Assembly (NCBI GenBank): GCA_958009085.1
Contig: OY253673.1
Coordinates: 620,001-684,000 of the forward strand
Length of the DNA: 64,000 bases
Direction of reading: 5' to 3'
Origin: Protoeuglena noctilucae
Taxonomy: Eukaryota
Part shown: positions 1 through 12,803 of the stretch, one piece after another
Numbering within the stretch: position 1 is the first letter of the stretch
Layout of the letters: each line of letters starts with the position of its first letter
The notes under the pieces: model-generated
The model's input: the letters and a program-made list of their open reading frames with translations, nothing else
Told to the model about the DNA's origin: nothing
The model's database searches: none
Position numbers and translations under genes: made by a program

Positions 1-3000
1 GGCCCCTTGGCGCTCCTGGGCCTGGGGCGGCGGGTGGGCGACGGGCGCTTCTCCCGCGGCGACGCCTCGTCCGGGCCCGCAACGCCCGGTGCATAGTCCC
101 AGTGGCCGTCGACCGGGGCCCGGGGCGGCGAAGCACGGCTCGCGCTGCCGTCCGCGGCGGGCCACCCCGCCTGCCCCAAGCCTGGCCCGTCCGCCGGTCG
201 GGGCGGGGTGCGCCACTGCGGCATTGGGCCGTCCCGCGCCTCCGAAGGGGGCGCGCCGGGACTCCCAGCGTCCGCTGCGGTCCCGCCCCGTCCCTCCTGG
301 GCCTTGAGCGCCTCGCAGACCTTGACGTACCGCCTCATCTCGTCCTCCAGATGGCTCCGTGCCTCGAGGATGGCCGCCAGCCTTGCCTCTAACTGCTCGA
401 GAGGCGACAGGCTCGACGCGGGGTCGATGAGGCTGTCCAGGTCCGCGGCAGTGCCCCCGGAGCCCTGGGCGGGCGCGGGGGTCGCCGCCGCATCCTCGGG
501 GTCGTGTGTTGGGTCGACCCCCGCAGCTGGGGCAGGTGTCTCGGCTCGGGCCCGCTCCCGCGCGGCGCAGTGAACGACGCGGTGTCGGAAGAGCCCGGCG
601 TCGAGGCAGGCGTGGGAGCAGAAGAGGGACTCCCCGCAGTCGGGACAAAGGCACGGGAGAGGGAAGCCGGTGGCGCCGCACTCCCGGCAGGCGCCCTTGG
701 CCGCTCGCTGCTTCTCCATGCGGGCCTTGACGGGGCCCACGCATCTCCGCGCCTGCCGCCCGCGCTCGAACGCCTGTATCTTAATTGCGGCCGCCACCTG
801 CGCGTCGGCACGCAGCCGCATCTCCATCTCCCGCATCGCCTCGCGGGCCTGCAAGCCCCGCTCGAGCACCTCCGAAGCCAGTCCCGCGTTCTGCTGCGAA
901 GCAAGAGGCGACCGACAAGCGCTCAGCGGCTCAGCGCCACCCTCCATGCCTGTCGTCTGCACCCAGCCCACACAACTGCCCTACATCCTGCGCGTATCAG
1001 CCAACAGCACCCCACGCGCGCTTGCAATCAAGCTTTGTTTAGACGAGACCCTCACCTGCCCCTCCAGCGACTGCCGGAGCTGGTCGATGCGATGCACCTC
1101 CTTGCGCACCCGGTCCGCCCGCTTAGCGATCTCCGCGGACAGCTTGCGGGCCGCGTAGCCCCTGACGTGCTTCTGGATCAGCACGGCGGCCGCCTGGCGC
1201 CGCCGGCTCTCGATGCGCAGCGACTGCACCCTGCGCCGCGCCAGCATCCCCCGGGCGTGCGACTGGATGCGCGTGGCCGCCACGACCCGCCTCTTCGTCT
1301 CTGCGACGCGCTGCCCCGCCCGGCGACGCGCCAGGGCGCCGTGCGCGTGCGACTGGATGGACGTCGCCGCCCTCTCGTCCCACTCGCTCGCCAGCATCTC
1401 TGCCCGTCGTCGGCCCATCACGCCCCGCGCCAGGCCTTGCAACAGCTCCACTGCCCACTCGTCCTCGACATCGCCTGCGTCGTCCGGGACCCCTCTCTCC
1501 ACCTCACCCATGCATGAAACCACCTCGAGCTCTGCCGCCCCCGCACCCAGGCCGGCGCTCGTGCCAGACACCTCCGCGCCCGCACCAGGCAATGCAGCTG
1601 CGTCCGAGCTGCCCCCATCCACCCCCGCCGTCGCAAGCGCCACACCCCCGGCGCCCGCTGCATCCTCTGCACCCCATTGCCCAGGCCCTTCCCTGTCCTC
1701 GAAATCGTCGCCGTAGTCATCTTCATATGCCACGCCCTCCGCTACCGTGGCAGCCACCTCCAGGGCCCCCGTCTCTCGGCCACTGCCACTGCCGCGACTC
1801 CCCGGCGCGTCCTCCTCCCCCCGGCTCTCCTCTTCGCGCGCCAGGGCCTCAACCAGCTCCTCTGTGAGGCGGTGCACGTAAGCGGACGAAGGCGCAGACG
1901 ACAGGCCCCCGTCGCTCAGGCCCTCCAAATCAGCCGCCACCGCCTCCACCAGCGCGTGCACGGCGCGGTGCACCGCGACTGCCGATGGGGCAGAGGACAG
2001 GTCGCCCCCTGCCACCTCCGCCCAGTCAGTCACCGCGCCACCCTCCGACGCCCGCGGCGCCCCAACAAGCGCGTCTGCGGCGACACCCCCCGCAGCGTTG
2101 CCAGCCACCCCACTCGGCAGCCGCGTGGCGGTCGGCGACTGCGGCAGCGGCGTGCTCTGCGCCGCGCTCGGCAGCACGGAGCCTTCATCCTCTTCCGACG
2201 CCCCCGGAGGCACCGCGCCCTGCCCCTGGGACCCCAGCCTCGAGAAGCTGCTGACGCCGAACAGCGACTGCCGCACGCCCCGCAGCATCTCCTGGATGCT
2301 GCGCACGGCCTCGTCGATCGCAGCGTTGCTGTCGTCCTCCAGCATGCTCGCGCGGGACCACTTGCTCGCCAGGCACCCGTCGCCGTCCGCGTCCGCGACC
2401 GGGCCCGCGCCGCCCCGCCCGCTGCCCCGCCGGGACCCCTGGGGATCGGCGGAGTCGCCGCGGCCGTCGATGAAGGCCCGGACCAGGGCCTCATCCGCAT
2501 CCGCCATGGGACCCGAGGACGTCGGCCCACCGACCACCGCGGTCTCGGGAATGGCGGAGAGGACCTCGCCGGCATGGTAGCCGCCCGGGATGGCGAAGCC
2601 GGACAGGCGCAGGCTCGGCACGGCCGGGTGCCCCTTGGCCCTCGGGGGATCCTCCTCCTCAGCTGTGGTGGCCAGCGGTGGGGCGTCCTCAAACGACTCG
2701 GAATAAGAGGAATAGGAAGAGGACGAGGCAGTCGACGTGCCGTCATCCTGGCTGGCAGTCGCGCCCTCGACAGGTGCAGGGGCGACACCGCTCTCCACAG
2801 CCTCCCCGCTCTCATCAGCATTCCTGCCCCCACCAGACACGAACGCTCGCAGCTGCTCCACCGCCCCCCCTGCGCCCGCATCGGCCCCCGCAGCCCGCCC
2901 CGAAGAAGCCCGCAGCGCAGCGCGGGTCTCCAGGTGCGTGGCCGTGAGGTCGCGGAGGAGGTCCGACTCGAGCCTCTCCAGCCTTTGCCATTCGGACCCC

Positions 3001-6000
3001 TCCCCCGTCGACCCCGCGAAGCTGTCCTGGCCAACCAGCGAAGGGTGCCACGGCAGGGCCCACGAGGGAGGCGCCTCGATGCCCTCGTGTGCTGGCTCAG
3101 TAGGCCCAGAGGGTGCAGGGGCGGACTCCACAGAGCCCTCGCCCTCGCCCTCGCCCTCTAGTGCCGGGGCAACCGATGGCACGCCTTCTGTTGCAGTAGC
3201 ATCGGGGCGCGGATCCTCGACCGCGGGTGCGTCAGCCACGGCGGCCCCCGTCTCCGCTTCTTCCTCCACTTCCTCGAGAGCAGCAGGCCTCACGTCTGCC
3301 GACGCCTGTGCCGCACCGCCCCCCTCCTCGTTCACTGCCCTTGCGGTCAGCGACGCGGTCCCAGCGCCCGCCTCCTTGACCCCCGCTCCTCCCGCACCCT
3401 CCCCAACATACCCATCGGCACCCATCCCATCGCCCAAGCCCTCGGCCCCGCTTCCATCCCCAGGCGCCTTGGCGCCGCCATCGATAGCACCCTCGGCCAT
3501 TACATCCCCACTCTCATCGCCGTTCGCACCCTCCGTCGACAAAGGCAGGGCCTCAGCCTCGCCCGGATTGGTGTCCCGTGGCGCTTGACCCGGCATCGCT
3601 ACCCTCCCTTCCCCGTCGCCCCGCCCGCTCGCGCCCCGTTCCGTTCCATCGCTGCCCCTCTCGGCGCCTCCCGCCGCGGCCCCCAAGCGCCAACTGGGCT
3701 GCTCGTCGCTGGCCGTCTGCCGCAATGCCCCGTCCGCATCGCCCGCCGCGGAGCCGTCCGCTGCGGACCCGGCGCCCGTCCGCAGCGCCGACTCTGACGT
3801 TCGCGGGGCCGCGTCGGCGCCGGGGCGCTTGGCTGCAAAGGTAGGGAGCTGCAGCTGCACCCATGGTCCGGTCGGGAGCCAGGGTGCCCCGTCGGGGTGG
3901 GAGGAGATGGGGCTGGGCGAGAGGTCGTTGGAGAGCCGGCTTGACGTGCTGAGCCTGGGTTTAGGGGAGAAGATGCGGGGGGTGAGTGAAGAAAGGCATG
4001 GGACATGCAGCAGCAAAGCACAGATGCTTCGCAACAGCGGCAGCATGCAGCGGATGTGTCTGCGTCAGCAATCTCTCACCTGGTGTCTCCGGGAGAGAAG
4101 ACGGGCATCTGGGGCATGACCAGCTCCACCGACGATTGGAAAGACGACTCGCGACCCGGGGTCATGATGCCCGCTGGCATGGGAAGGTCCATGAGAGGGT
4201 CGTCGACAGTGCTGCGGTCCGTGTTGCGGCTCGTTCTCTCGGGGCCACCGTGCCGGCGCACGGCCGCGCTGCCTGGGATGGAGCCTGGAGGGGGCGGCGA
4301 GGTACACGTGTCGGCATCAAGATCCGCCATGCGAGGATGCATTGCTGGAGATGTGACAGAAGAAGGCGTGCACATGTACTGACGAAGTCGAGGCACTGCG
4401 CAAGGCCAGGAGAGCACAAAGGAGCCTGTCTAAGTCCAAGCATGCCTGCGACCCCTCACCGGAGCTGCCCTCGTCGCGCGAGAGGAAGAGCAGGTGCTGC
4501 GGGGCCCAGGGTAGGCGGGAGTCGGCCGCATGCGAGTCCGGGGGGCTCGACACCCCTCGGCCGCGGCCGATGTGCGACTGCGTGGCCCCGGCCGCCCCGT
4601 CCGACGTCCGGGGCGACGGCGATGCGTTGGTGTGGTAGCTGTTGTCCGCGGTGGCTGGCGCGAGCCTGCCGTCGGGCAGGAGGTCGCGCCGGGAGCCCCG
4701 CTGCAGGTCCCGGAGCCTCGAAGGGCCCGCGTGGGGGCTCGGCACGGGCGCCACCGCTGCGCTTGCCATGTGCCGGCTGGACCGGAGGACGAGCGACGAG
4801 ACGAGCGCGTCGTCCCTCCACGCGAACGCGCGCGGGCCCCCCGGCGCGCTCGCCTGGCTGCTGCTGGAGTGGCCGGACACAGCCGGGCGGCGCCCGTCCG
4901 CACTGATGCGCGTCCTCTCTTGCGCGCGCTGCGGTGTCACGTCCGTGCTGCTCCGCTTGACCATCCGCTGCACGCGCGGCGTCGTCTCCTCCTCCCCGAA
5001 CGACGCGTGGAGCACTGGAACCGACCGATCCGCCTCGGCCTCGGCCTCCACCGCCGCCCCTGGCGGCACCTCCTCCGCCCCCGCAGCCCAGTCGTCCCCC
5101 AGCGCCTCGCCCGCGCCCACCTCCCCAGTCGATGGCTCGCGCAGGGACGTCACCAGGGTCGTCTCGTGCTCCTCATGGACTGACGAGGGCCCTGGCCCTC
5201 CCGGCACCGAGCCCTTGGGCTCCAATGCCTCCGCTGGGTCGTCGGCAGCGCTCCGCTGAGCAACGGAGTCGCTACTATCCACGGCATTGTTCCCTGGCAC
5301 CTCGGGCAGCAAAGACTCGGACACGGGCGGGGGAATCGTCACGTTTCCCCACGGGCTGGACTGATCCAGCTCTCTGGGCCGCGAGCGGTTGGGGAAAGAC
5401 GTGAGTGAGTACTCCGAGTGGCGAGACGACATCCGCGCGCTCGCGCTCAGCGCAGACCGCGCGAACGAGGCGCTGGGATCCTCGCGTGAGGCGCGTCGGC
5501 TGCCGAGGAGCTGCGGGCGAAGAGGGACCGCCATGGGATTGGGCGCGTGACACACTCAGTCACTCGCGAGCGGCAGGAAGTGCGCGCCTCGCCAGAGCGC
5601 GCGGAACCGGCTCATTCCCAGCAACGCAGCATGTGATGAGACCCAGGCGAGCGAGGCGTACCTTGGAGGCTTCACTGGCGAGGGCATGACCTCTTTTCTC
5701 GCTCGAACTGCGGGGACAGCGGCAGGGCCGAACATTGGCTGAGCGACAGATGTGCACGCGCAATCCAGATGGCCCAGTCGTCCCGGGGCGATGCTCCCGG
5801 GATCAGTCTGCGTCGTTCCAACAGCGGAATCGTCGGCGGTCGCTAAGCAGTGGTTGGGCCAGCCACCCATCCCTTCCCGTTCCCTTGCCTGGAGCCCACG
5901 CTCGTATTCACTCCCAAAAGACGGCCGGGGGAGGCAGGCACGGAGGCTGACTGCATGGTCACGCGCTTCCTTACGTAGCTGTTCAATCAGCCCCTGTCCC

Positions 6001-6315
6001 GCCCGTCCCCAGGCCACGCTAAGCTCCCCGCGTCGCACCGCATGCGAAATTGGCCTGCACTGCCCACGCCCCGGACAAGTAAGCCTCCAGTGGCTGGCCA
6101 GGGATATCGAGGAGTGCAGCACGGGCAAGAACGCACGCGCATTCCTCTGCCACGCGATGTCTGACTGGGTTGACTTGCCAGTGAGCTCCGGCCTGTCGCA
6201 GCGGGCCACCAAATGCCGCCGCGCTCTCAGCCAGGTGACGAGTTCGGCCGGTGTGACCCCGGTTTGTGGCCCGCCGCTTGCCGCCGACTTCGCCAGGGAG
6301 GGGAACGCAGCCATG
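1..6315 (-). CDS. Large multi-exon low-complexity (Ala/Glu/Gly/Ser-rich) protein with about 4 IQ calmodulin-binding motifs and coiled coil; 3' end runs off the window, 5' end uncertain
   Basis: ORFs 981-4046, 4076-4417 and 4317-5555 can be joined by GT-AG introns. IQ motifs AATSIQSHAHGALARR, AATRIQSHARGMLARR, AAVLIQKHVRGYAARK and, in the next exon (about 745-800), AAIKIQAFERGRQARR. Confidence 0.6.
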
Positions 6316-6631
6316 CGGTGCGCAGCGGCCGTGGCGGTGGCGGCCGCAGTGCCGTCGTCTTCGTACAGCGCGGGTGAGTGTGTTATGGGCTTCCCAGGCA
6401 AGGCCCACTGCGCTCAGGGCTCGCCGACAGCCTAGTCATCGGTCGGCGTCCTCCCTCGCACTCCTTTTTAGGCGCCTATGCCTCGCAAATGTTTTCGGGC
6501 AACGATTGCTTCGTCGCTCCTGCGCCTCGGCCGGAACGACTGCGCCGGCGCGCAGGGCCGGGCCGATTGGCCTGCTCTTTGGCTGCGGCGCCGGGAGACG
6601 AGGGGGACCGCTCAGAGGCCGCTGGGGCGCG

Positions 6632-7978
6632 ATGGGATTGCTGGTTGACGGTCTCGACCTCGTGGTGCCCACGGGCCAGCGTAGCGCCCGCCTGCGGCGC
6701 GAGGGAGGGGGCTACCTGGGTGTGGTAGGTCGAGCGCCCCCCCTGCGAACGTCCCTGCCCGCTGCGTGCCCCTGCAGGGACCAACAGGATGGTGTTCCGT
6801 CCTGACACCCGCGCGACGCTGTACAGCGGGGCGAGGCGGTCCCTCCGGGCGCTGGAGGTGTCGGCAAGCAAGGTGAAGCAAGCTTCGCCACCCTGCGCGA
6901 GCCCCGCGCCGCGCGCGGCCCGCCTCGCCTCACGTCGCGTACTTATCGCTGCAGGTGGCCGTCGGGGCGTTGCGGGAGGAGGGCGACGACGACGGGGCGT
7001 CGTGGCCCGTCGAATCCGGGGTCCAGTACAAACGAATCATGCTGAAAGTGTCAGGCGAGCGCCGCCCGTGCGCCGAGCCTCGCTGCGCCGCCGGCGCGCA
7101 GCAATCGCGAAGCGCGCTCGCTCCCTCTCGCCGCGCAGGGGAGGCGCTGCAGGGCAAGATGGGCTTTGGGGTCGACCCCCAGGTGCTGCGTAAGGTGGCC
7201 ATGGAGATTGCCCAGGCGCACCTGGCTGGCGTCGAGGTGGCCGTGGTCGTCGGCGGCGGCAACTTCTTCCGGGGAGCCGCTGCCGCGGGGGACTTCCTGG
7301 ACCGCGCCACAGGTGGGGGTCGAGCCGGCGTGCTCTGGGTGCGGCATGTGCGCTGTGCCCCGGGCGCCCCGCGACGACACGGGCGGTCGTCGCTGCGTCG
7401 CAGGGGACTACGTGGGCATGCTGGCGACGTGCATGAACGCCATCATGCTCCAGAGTGCGCTGGAGCGGGAGTTCGCGGTCCCGTCCCGGGTCATGACGGC
7501 GATTGAGATGAAGGAGGTGGCCGAGCCGTACATTCGCCGCCGCGCCATTCGGCACCTGGAGCGCGGCCGGGTGGTCATCTTTGGCGCGGGGACCGGCAAC
7601 CCCTTCTTCACGACGGACACGGCCGCGGCGCTCCGGGCGGTCGAGATCGGTGCCGAGGTGTTCATGAAGGCCACCAAGGTGGACGGGGTCTACGACTGCG
7701 ACCCCAAGAGCAACCCGGGAGCCTCCCTCTTCAAGCGCGTCAGCTACGGGGAGGTCATGAGCCGGGGGCTGAACGTCATGGACGCCACCGCCATCACGCT
7801 GTGCCGGGAGAACGACATCCCAGTACTGGTGTTCAACCTGTACACGGAGAGCAACGTGATTCGGGCCGCGCGGGGTGAGGACGTGGGAACTCTCGTTTCG
7901 TCCGACTGCGAGCCGGGCATCAAGAGCAAGGGCAAGCTGCAGGGGCCGGGGCCGGCCGCCGGCGCCCCCGTGGCGTGA
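6632..7978 (+). CDS. pyrH: Uridylate (UMP) kinase, bacterial/plastid type, spliced; start 6632 or 6789
   Basis: Spliced motifs [76 protein letters not shown]. Includes GC-AG intron 7055-7138. Confidence 0.95.
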
Positions 7979-8190
7979 GTGCGCCTTGGGGAGATTTTCG
8001 ATACCCGGCAGGGTAAGAGGGGTCTTGGCGCGCAACCTCTGCCGCTGCCAGACTGCCCTCGCCTGCGCTCGATACCCTGGTGTGCTCTCAGTGTACCCTG
8101 CAATCGATGTCCCGTGACATCCTCCGGACTTTGAACAGAAACAACCCGCACATCGCATGTCGTCCTCTGGCACGCCAGAGCTCCAATGCG

Positions 8191-10495
8191 TCACGCAAAG
8201 TAGATCTGCCTGGCCTGGCCGGGAGTGCGGCAGATGGGGCAGCGGCCGTCGGGAATGCGTGCCGCACACGTCATGCACAGGGCCAGGTGGTTGCAGGGAT
8301 GGAAGGCGTGGCTGCGGGGGTTTGAGAAGCACACGCAGCACGACGCGCGCATGTCGTCTCCTGCGTTATCGTCCGCGCTCTGGCTCTGCGGGGCGGCCTG
8401 GGGTGGCGCCGCGGGACGAGCACGCTGCTGCGCTGCCCGCGCTGCCTTGTGCTCCCGGACGAACCTGGCAATCATCGCGGGGTCCTGAGGACACCAGTAG
8501 TGGAGGGGTCTCATGTTAGTCGGTGCCTGTAAGACCCAGCTGAGGCCGACACTTGCCAAGAATTGCACACGGCTCACCATGCTCCTATACAGCTCCTCGT
8601 CGATGTTGATGCCGTCCACGTGGACGGTGGGCGCGTTCATGACCCTCCGCTCTGCGCGGGTCGCGAGGTGGGCCTCCACGTCCGCCATCGTGAGCACGCC
8701 CGACTCGAGGCAGGCGCGAATCTCAGGGTCCAGGTTGTCCAGAGGAGACGGGGTACGCACAGCCGGCCTTAGAGGCGCCGAGGGCTGAACCTCGTCACCC
8801 TCATCGCGCACCACTCCCTCCGGCACCTGCGGGACAGGACGGTGCTGACTCTTGATGACCAACCAGCAAGGCACCCGCTTCACCGGCGAGTCGTGCGTCG
8901 GCGGGCCTGCTTGAGTCTCAAAGGCGGCACCTGCAAGGGGCCTCCCCTGCCCGCTTCGCCAGGCGTGCGGAGGTAGTTGTCGATGTCGGCCGGGTTCACG
9001 AACGGCAGCGGGTCCGCCGTGGGCTCGACGAACCGGTTCTGGTCGTGAGCGTCCCGGATACGCAGCTCCTCTCGGAGCTCCATCAGGCGCCGCTTCACTT
9101 GGCGCTCCTCGTCTGGCGTCTGAAACTGCACCGACCGCAGCGCCGCCTGCACCGCCTCGGTCCTGTGCGTGAGGGGCGCGTCATGGCATGCAGTCATGGC
9201 ACGTATACGGACTCGCGGACGCTTGGCCTGCCATGCTGTCTCCCTTCACTCCCACCCACCTGGCCTGCAGTGCTGTCATGATGGCCCGTTCCACCGGCGC
9301 GTGGAGCGCATCGGACAGTTGGTCCGCCTGCACCGCACCCGCGGCAGAGGAGCTCCCCATGGCGGCCTGAATCTCCGCCACCTTCTCCGCCACCGCGCGG
9401 ATCTCTCGGGACAAGTCGCCTGAGACAGAGCAGAGCACGTGTCATCGCCAGGGTGCCTTCAGTGCTGTTGAAGAAGGCAGAAAGCTGCTGCAGGGAAAAA
9501 GCTGCAGAGACAGCTGCGGAGAGCAGCTACGGCAGGACAGGGAACGCCTCACCGGTGGCCTGCGAGCCCGTCCCTGTCCTGGTCCCCTTGGCAAGCATGG
9601 CCGTCGCGCATTGGCCGACCACCTGGTACAGCGCCGCTTGATGCTCCCCGTTCGAGCGGATGGCTCGCACGAACCCGGGCACCGCTTGCTCGATTTGCTC
9701 CAGTACCATGGCCGCCACCGTGTCCCTGTGTGGATGAGATAGGCGGAAGGGTTGTGGAGTTGCACGGATAGCGCTGGCAGTCATGCACCGTCTCGGGACT
9801 GTACCTCCGCACAGCTACGTCGTTACCATCGCCTGCGCACCGCCCACACGGACTCGACACCACGCACCTGAGCCCGGCATCCTCCTCGTGCAGTGCAGAC
9901 ACCACGCGGTCAGCTGCGTTGTCGACGGGGAATGTCATCGTCCTGACATCCTGCAGACGCGGACGCGCCCCGGAATGCCACTGTAACGTCAAGTCTTGCG
10001 CAGCCTTGAGCCATGAGCCATGGCCTTGCGGTGGCTCGCCTGCAGCGTCTGGGTGTCGACTTGGAGCCCCGCCGCGAGGAGCAGCTCCATCGCCGCCTGC
10101 ACGCGTGCGCGCGCGCTCTCCAGATGGTCGCGCAAGGTGTTCCTGCCACATGCACGGAGAGACGGGTTGGTACCGCCCATTCACGCGCCATTCGCGCGCC
10201 CAAAGCTCAGCGCCCGCACTCACGCAGTAAAAGAGCTGCGAAGCGCCCTAGTAGAGCCGTACTTTTGCACGAGCGCCCTGCACTCCTCGATTGCCTCGTT
10301 CGCCGCTCGCAGGGCGGCGGGGAACGAGGGTGGGAGGACGACCTGCTGGCCTGCGCCGTCGAGCTGCTCCGCCAAAGCTTTGGCCAGCTGCCCGACTTTC
10401 TCAAGAGCCGGCTTGTTGGCCCGATACTCGTCCACCATCCTCCTCAAGGCGATGCAGGAGAATTGCGCGAACGCGATGTCATTGTCCCCCGTCAT
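8191..10495 (-). CDS. Multi-exon protein: N-terminal MLKL/MCAfunc-like helical bundle, helical middle region, C-terminal C3HC4 (IAP/MGRN-type) RING finger
   Basis: C-terminus CCVCFSNPRSHAFHPCNHLALCMTCAARIPDGRCPICR. N-terminus IALRRMVDEYRANKPALEKVGQLAKAL...AANEAIEECRALVQKYGSTRALRSSFTA|NTLRDHLESARARVQAAMELLL. Short ORFs 8880-9197, 9181-9438, 9527-9784 and 9989-10180 join in frame through GT/GC-AG introns. Confidence 0.75.
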
Positions 10496-10865
10496 GGCGA
10501 TCAGGAGCACACCTTGTAGGCGCAGGAATGAAACCAAAGCGAGGGAGGACGGGCGGCCAGAGCAAGCGGCCGTGGAGGTCGGGGAGCCGCTAAATGGAGT
10601 AAAATGCAGAGCACAGTATCGTATCCCGCACCTACGCGGCGCGACAGGTCGCAGCGCTGGGCTCCCAAGCAAATAATGGCGTCAGCAACAACGATGACAC
10701 CCACTAGCCCGCGGGGCAGACACCTCCCAGCCTGCAGAGCCTGGCGCGAGGTTTTTCCCCTGGTTCAACCCTGCGTCTTGGTGCTGGGCGACTGGCCTTT
10801 GCCGCGCAGATAGACTGCCTATCAGCGGCGTGCGACCGGTCGACTTAGAGCAAAGCTGCGCTCTC

Positions 10866-12409
10866 CTACAGCTCGTCAAAGCGCCGCTTCGCGCCCCTCC
10901 CAGTCCCCGCCACCTCCCCCGCGGCGCTGCCGGCCCCCGCGTCGGCCCCCGCCCCCGCGAAGAACGGGTGCTGCAGCGCCTCGGCGGCCGAAATGCGATC
11001 CTGGTGGTCGTAGCGCAGCATGCGGTCGAGGAGGTTGATGGCGGCGTCGGTCGCGAGTGCGCTGTTGGAGTCATCCACCATCGACGCCCAGGGCACCCGC
11101 GGGAGGTCTCCCATCGTCGCCCGCACGCGCGCGTATTCCGGGTTGCTCACGCGGTACTTCTCGACGTACGCGTCGAGGTCCCGCGTCCCCAGCACCCGCG
11201 CGATGCGCCGCAGCTGGCCCCAGTCGTCCTCTGCGCGGAAAAGCTGGCTCTTGCGGAACATCATGGCCCCAAACACGCAGCCGAGCGACCAGATGTCCAG
11301 CGAGTAGTCGTAGTCCCGAATGCCCAAGAGCAGCTCCGGGCCCTTGTACGCCCGCGTGGCCACCCGAACGGGGTACTCCTTGCCGGGCAAGTAGAAGTCA
11401 CTCAAGCCCCTGCAAGGGAAGCCACGAGTGACGACGCCGTGCCAACCGAACACACACGCGCGCGCATGGGGCAGGGCCATGACAGCGAGGGCCCGGCTGC
11501 GTGTTGCTCACCAGTCGATGAGCCACACTCGCCCCGTTCTCTCCTCCACCAGGATGTTGCCCTTCTTGACGTCCCGGTGCATGATGCCGCGCGAGTGGGC
11601 GTGCTCGAGGGCCTCCAGGACCTGACGCATGTACGACCGCATCACCTCCTCGTTGGGCAGGGTCGTCGTGTTGAGAGGGCCGCCCGGCACGAGCTGCATC
11701 ACGAGCGCGTACGCGTCTCCCTGGGGGTCGTGGACGACCTCGTGCAGCTTGATGACGCTCGGGGCCCCCTCCATGTAGTGCAGAATCATCACCTCCCGCT
11801 GCAGCTTCTCGTACTGCGCGGGCAAGGGCTGTGAGGGCCACGTTGGCGCTGCACGCGTGACGTGGATGCGAATGGCGCGCCCTGGAGCCCTGGCTGCTCG
11901 CCTTGGGGTCGTCTAACACCTTGATCGCAAAGTGCTGCCCTGTTCCCGTGTGATGGCCCTGGTAGACGTCCCCGTACTTGCCGCTTCCCAGGTGCTCCGT
12001 CGTGTGGTATGGCAGGGGGCTGTGGAGCTCCAGCTTGTAGCGCGTGTAGTCGTAATAGGAGCGCGGCTTGCTGCGGGAGAAGCGACCGTGCTCCGGTTTG
12101 ACGCGGATGCGAAGCCAGGCGGCGGCCCAGGCTGCCCGGACCCCGCGCGCACCTGGACGCCGCATCGCGATGGACCCGGGCGAAGCTAGGGACCTGGTTG
12201 GTCCTCCTGTACGACTGTGTGGGCATGTCGGAATCGTCGTCGAAGGCGTTGAAGGTGTCAGCGTCGTTGGTGGGCCCGCGCGCATCGTCCTGGAGGACGG
12301 CCCATGAACGGCGCAATGAAAGAGCTGCGGGGACAGCGTTGCGGTCTCCGATGCGCCATTCGATTGCACCGGAACGCTGGTGTATATATGAACTACGAAG
12401 ACGGAGCAT
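10866..12409 (-). CDS. Casein kinase II alpha-like Ser/Thr kinase (divergent); start 12409 or 12226
   Basis: Spliced PSFARVHRDAASSKPRSYYDY, LGSGKYGDVY, AIKVL, GIMHRDVKKGN, LIDWGLSDFY, RVATRAYKGPELL, YDYSLDIWSLGC, LLDRMLRYDHQDRISAAEALQHPFF. Confidence 0.9.
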
Positions 12410-12803
12410 GCGACACGAGCGCGGGCGCCGCGCCTGGCGGCGGGCTGCCCGCGTGGGGAAAAGTTTGCTGTGGGGCGCCCCGGGCCCTCCCCGGACCCCC
12501 CAACCGATTCCGTTAGCTGTCACCTAAGAGGAACGCAACGATCGATAAGAACGTTCTCCTTCTGCCGCACTTGACGACGGTCATGAGAGGCACGGCCCCA
12601 CTTCTTTATTTCGTATTTTTGGGAACCCGCCCTTCTTCACAATTCCATCCAATCATCGGAGCGTCGAGCCATCAATGCATTTGTCGACGCATAGTGGGCT
12701 CAGCTTGCCCACTTAGCCTAGCTTGCTATTGCCCTGCCTGCTGCAGCACAGAGTGCAAAGGCCCAACAGCGCCTACACGCATCCTATGAAAGCACATTGA
12801 GGC

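Noticed and set aside
6100..6200. Additional possible GC donors (G|GCAAGT near 6178 on the minus strand; also near 24210 on the plus strand)
   Set aside because: No conserved protein motif fixes these junctions, so they were left out of the count.
8191..10672. Chain of short abutting or overlapping minus-strand ORFs that looks like a prokaryotic or viral operon
   Set aside because: The ORFs join in frame through ordinary introns into one RING-protein gene.
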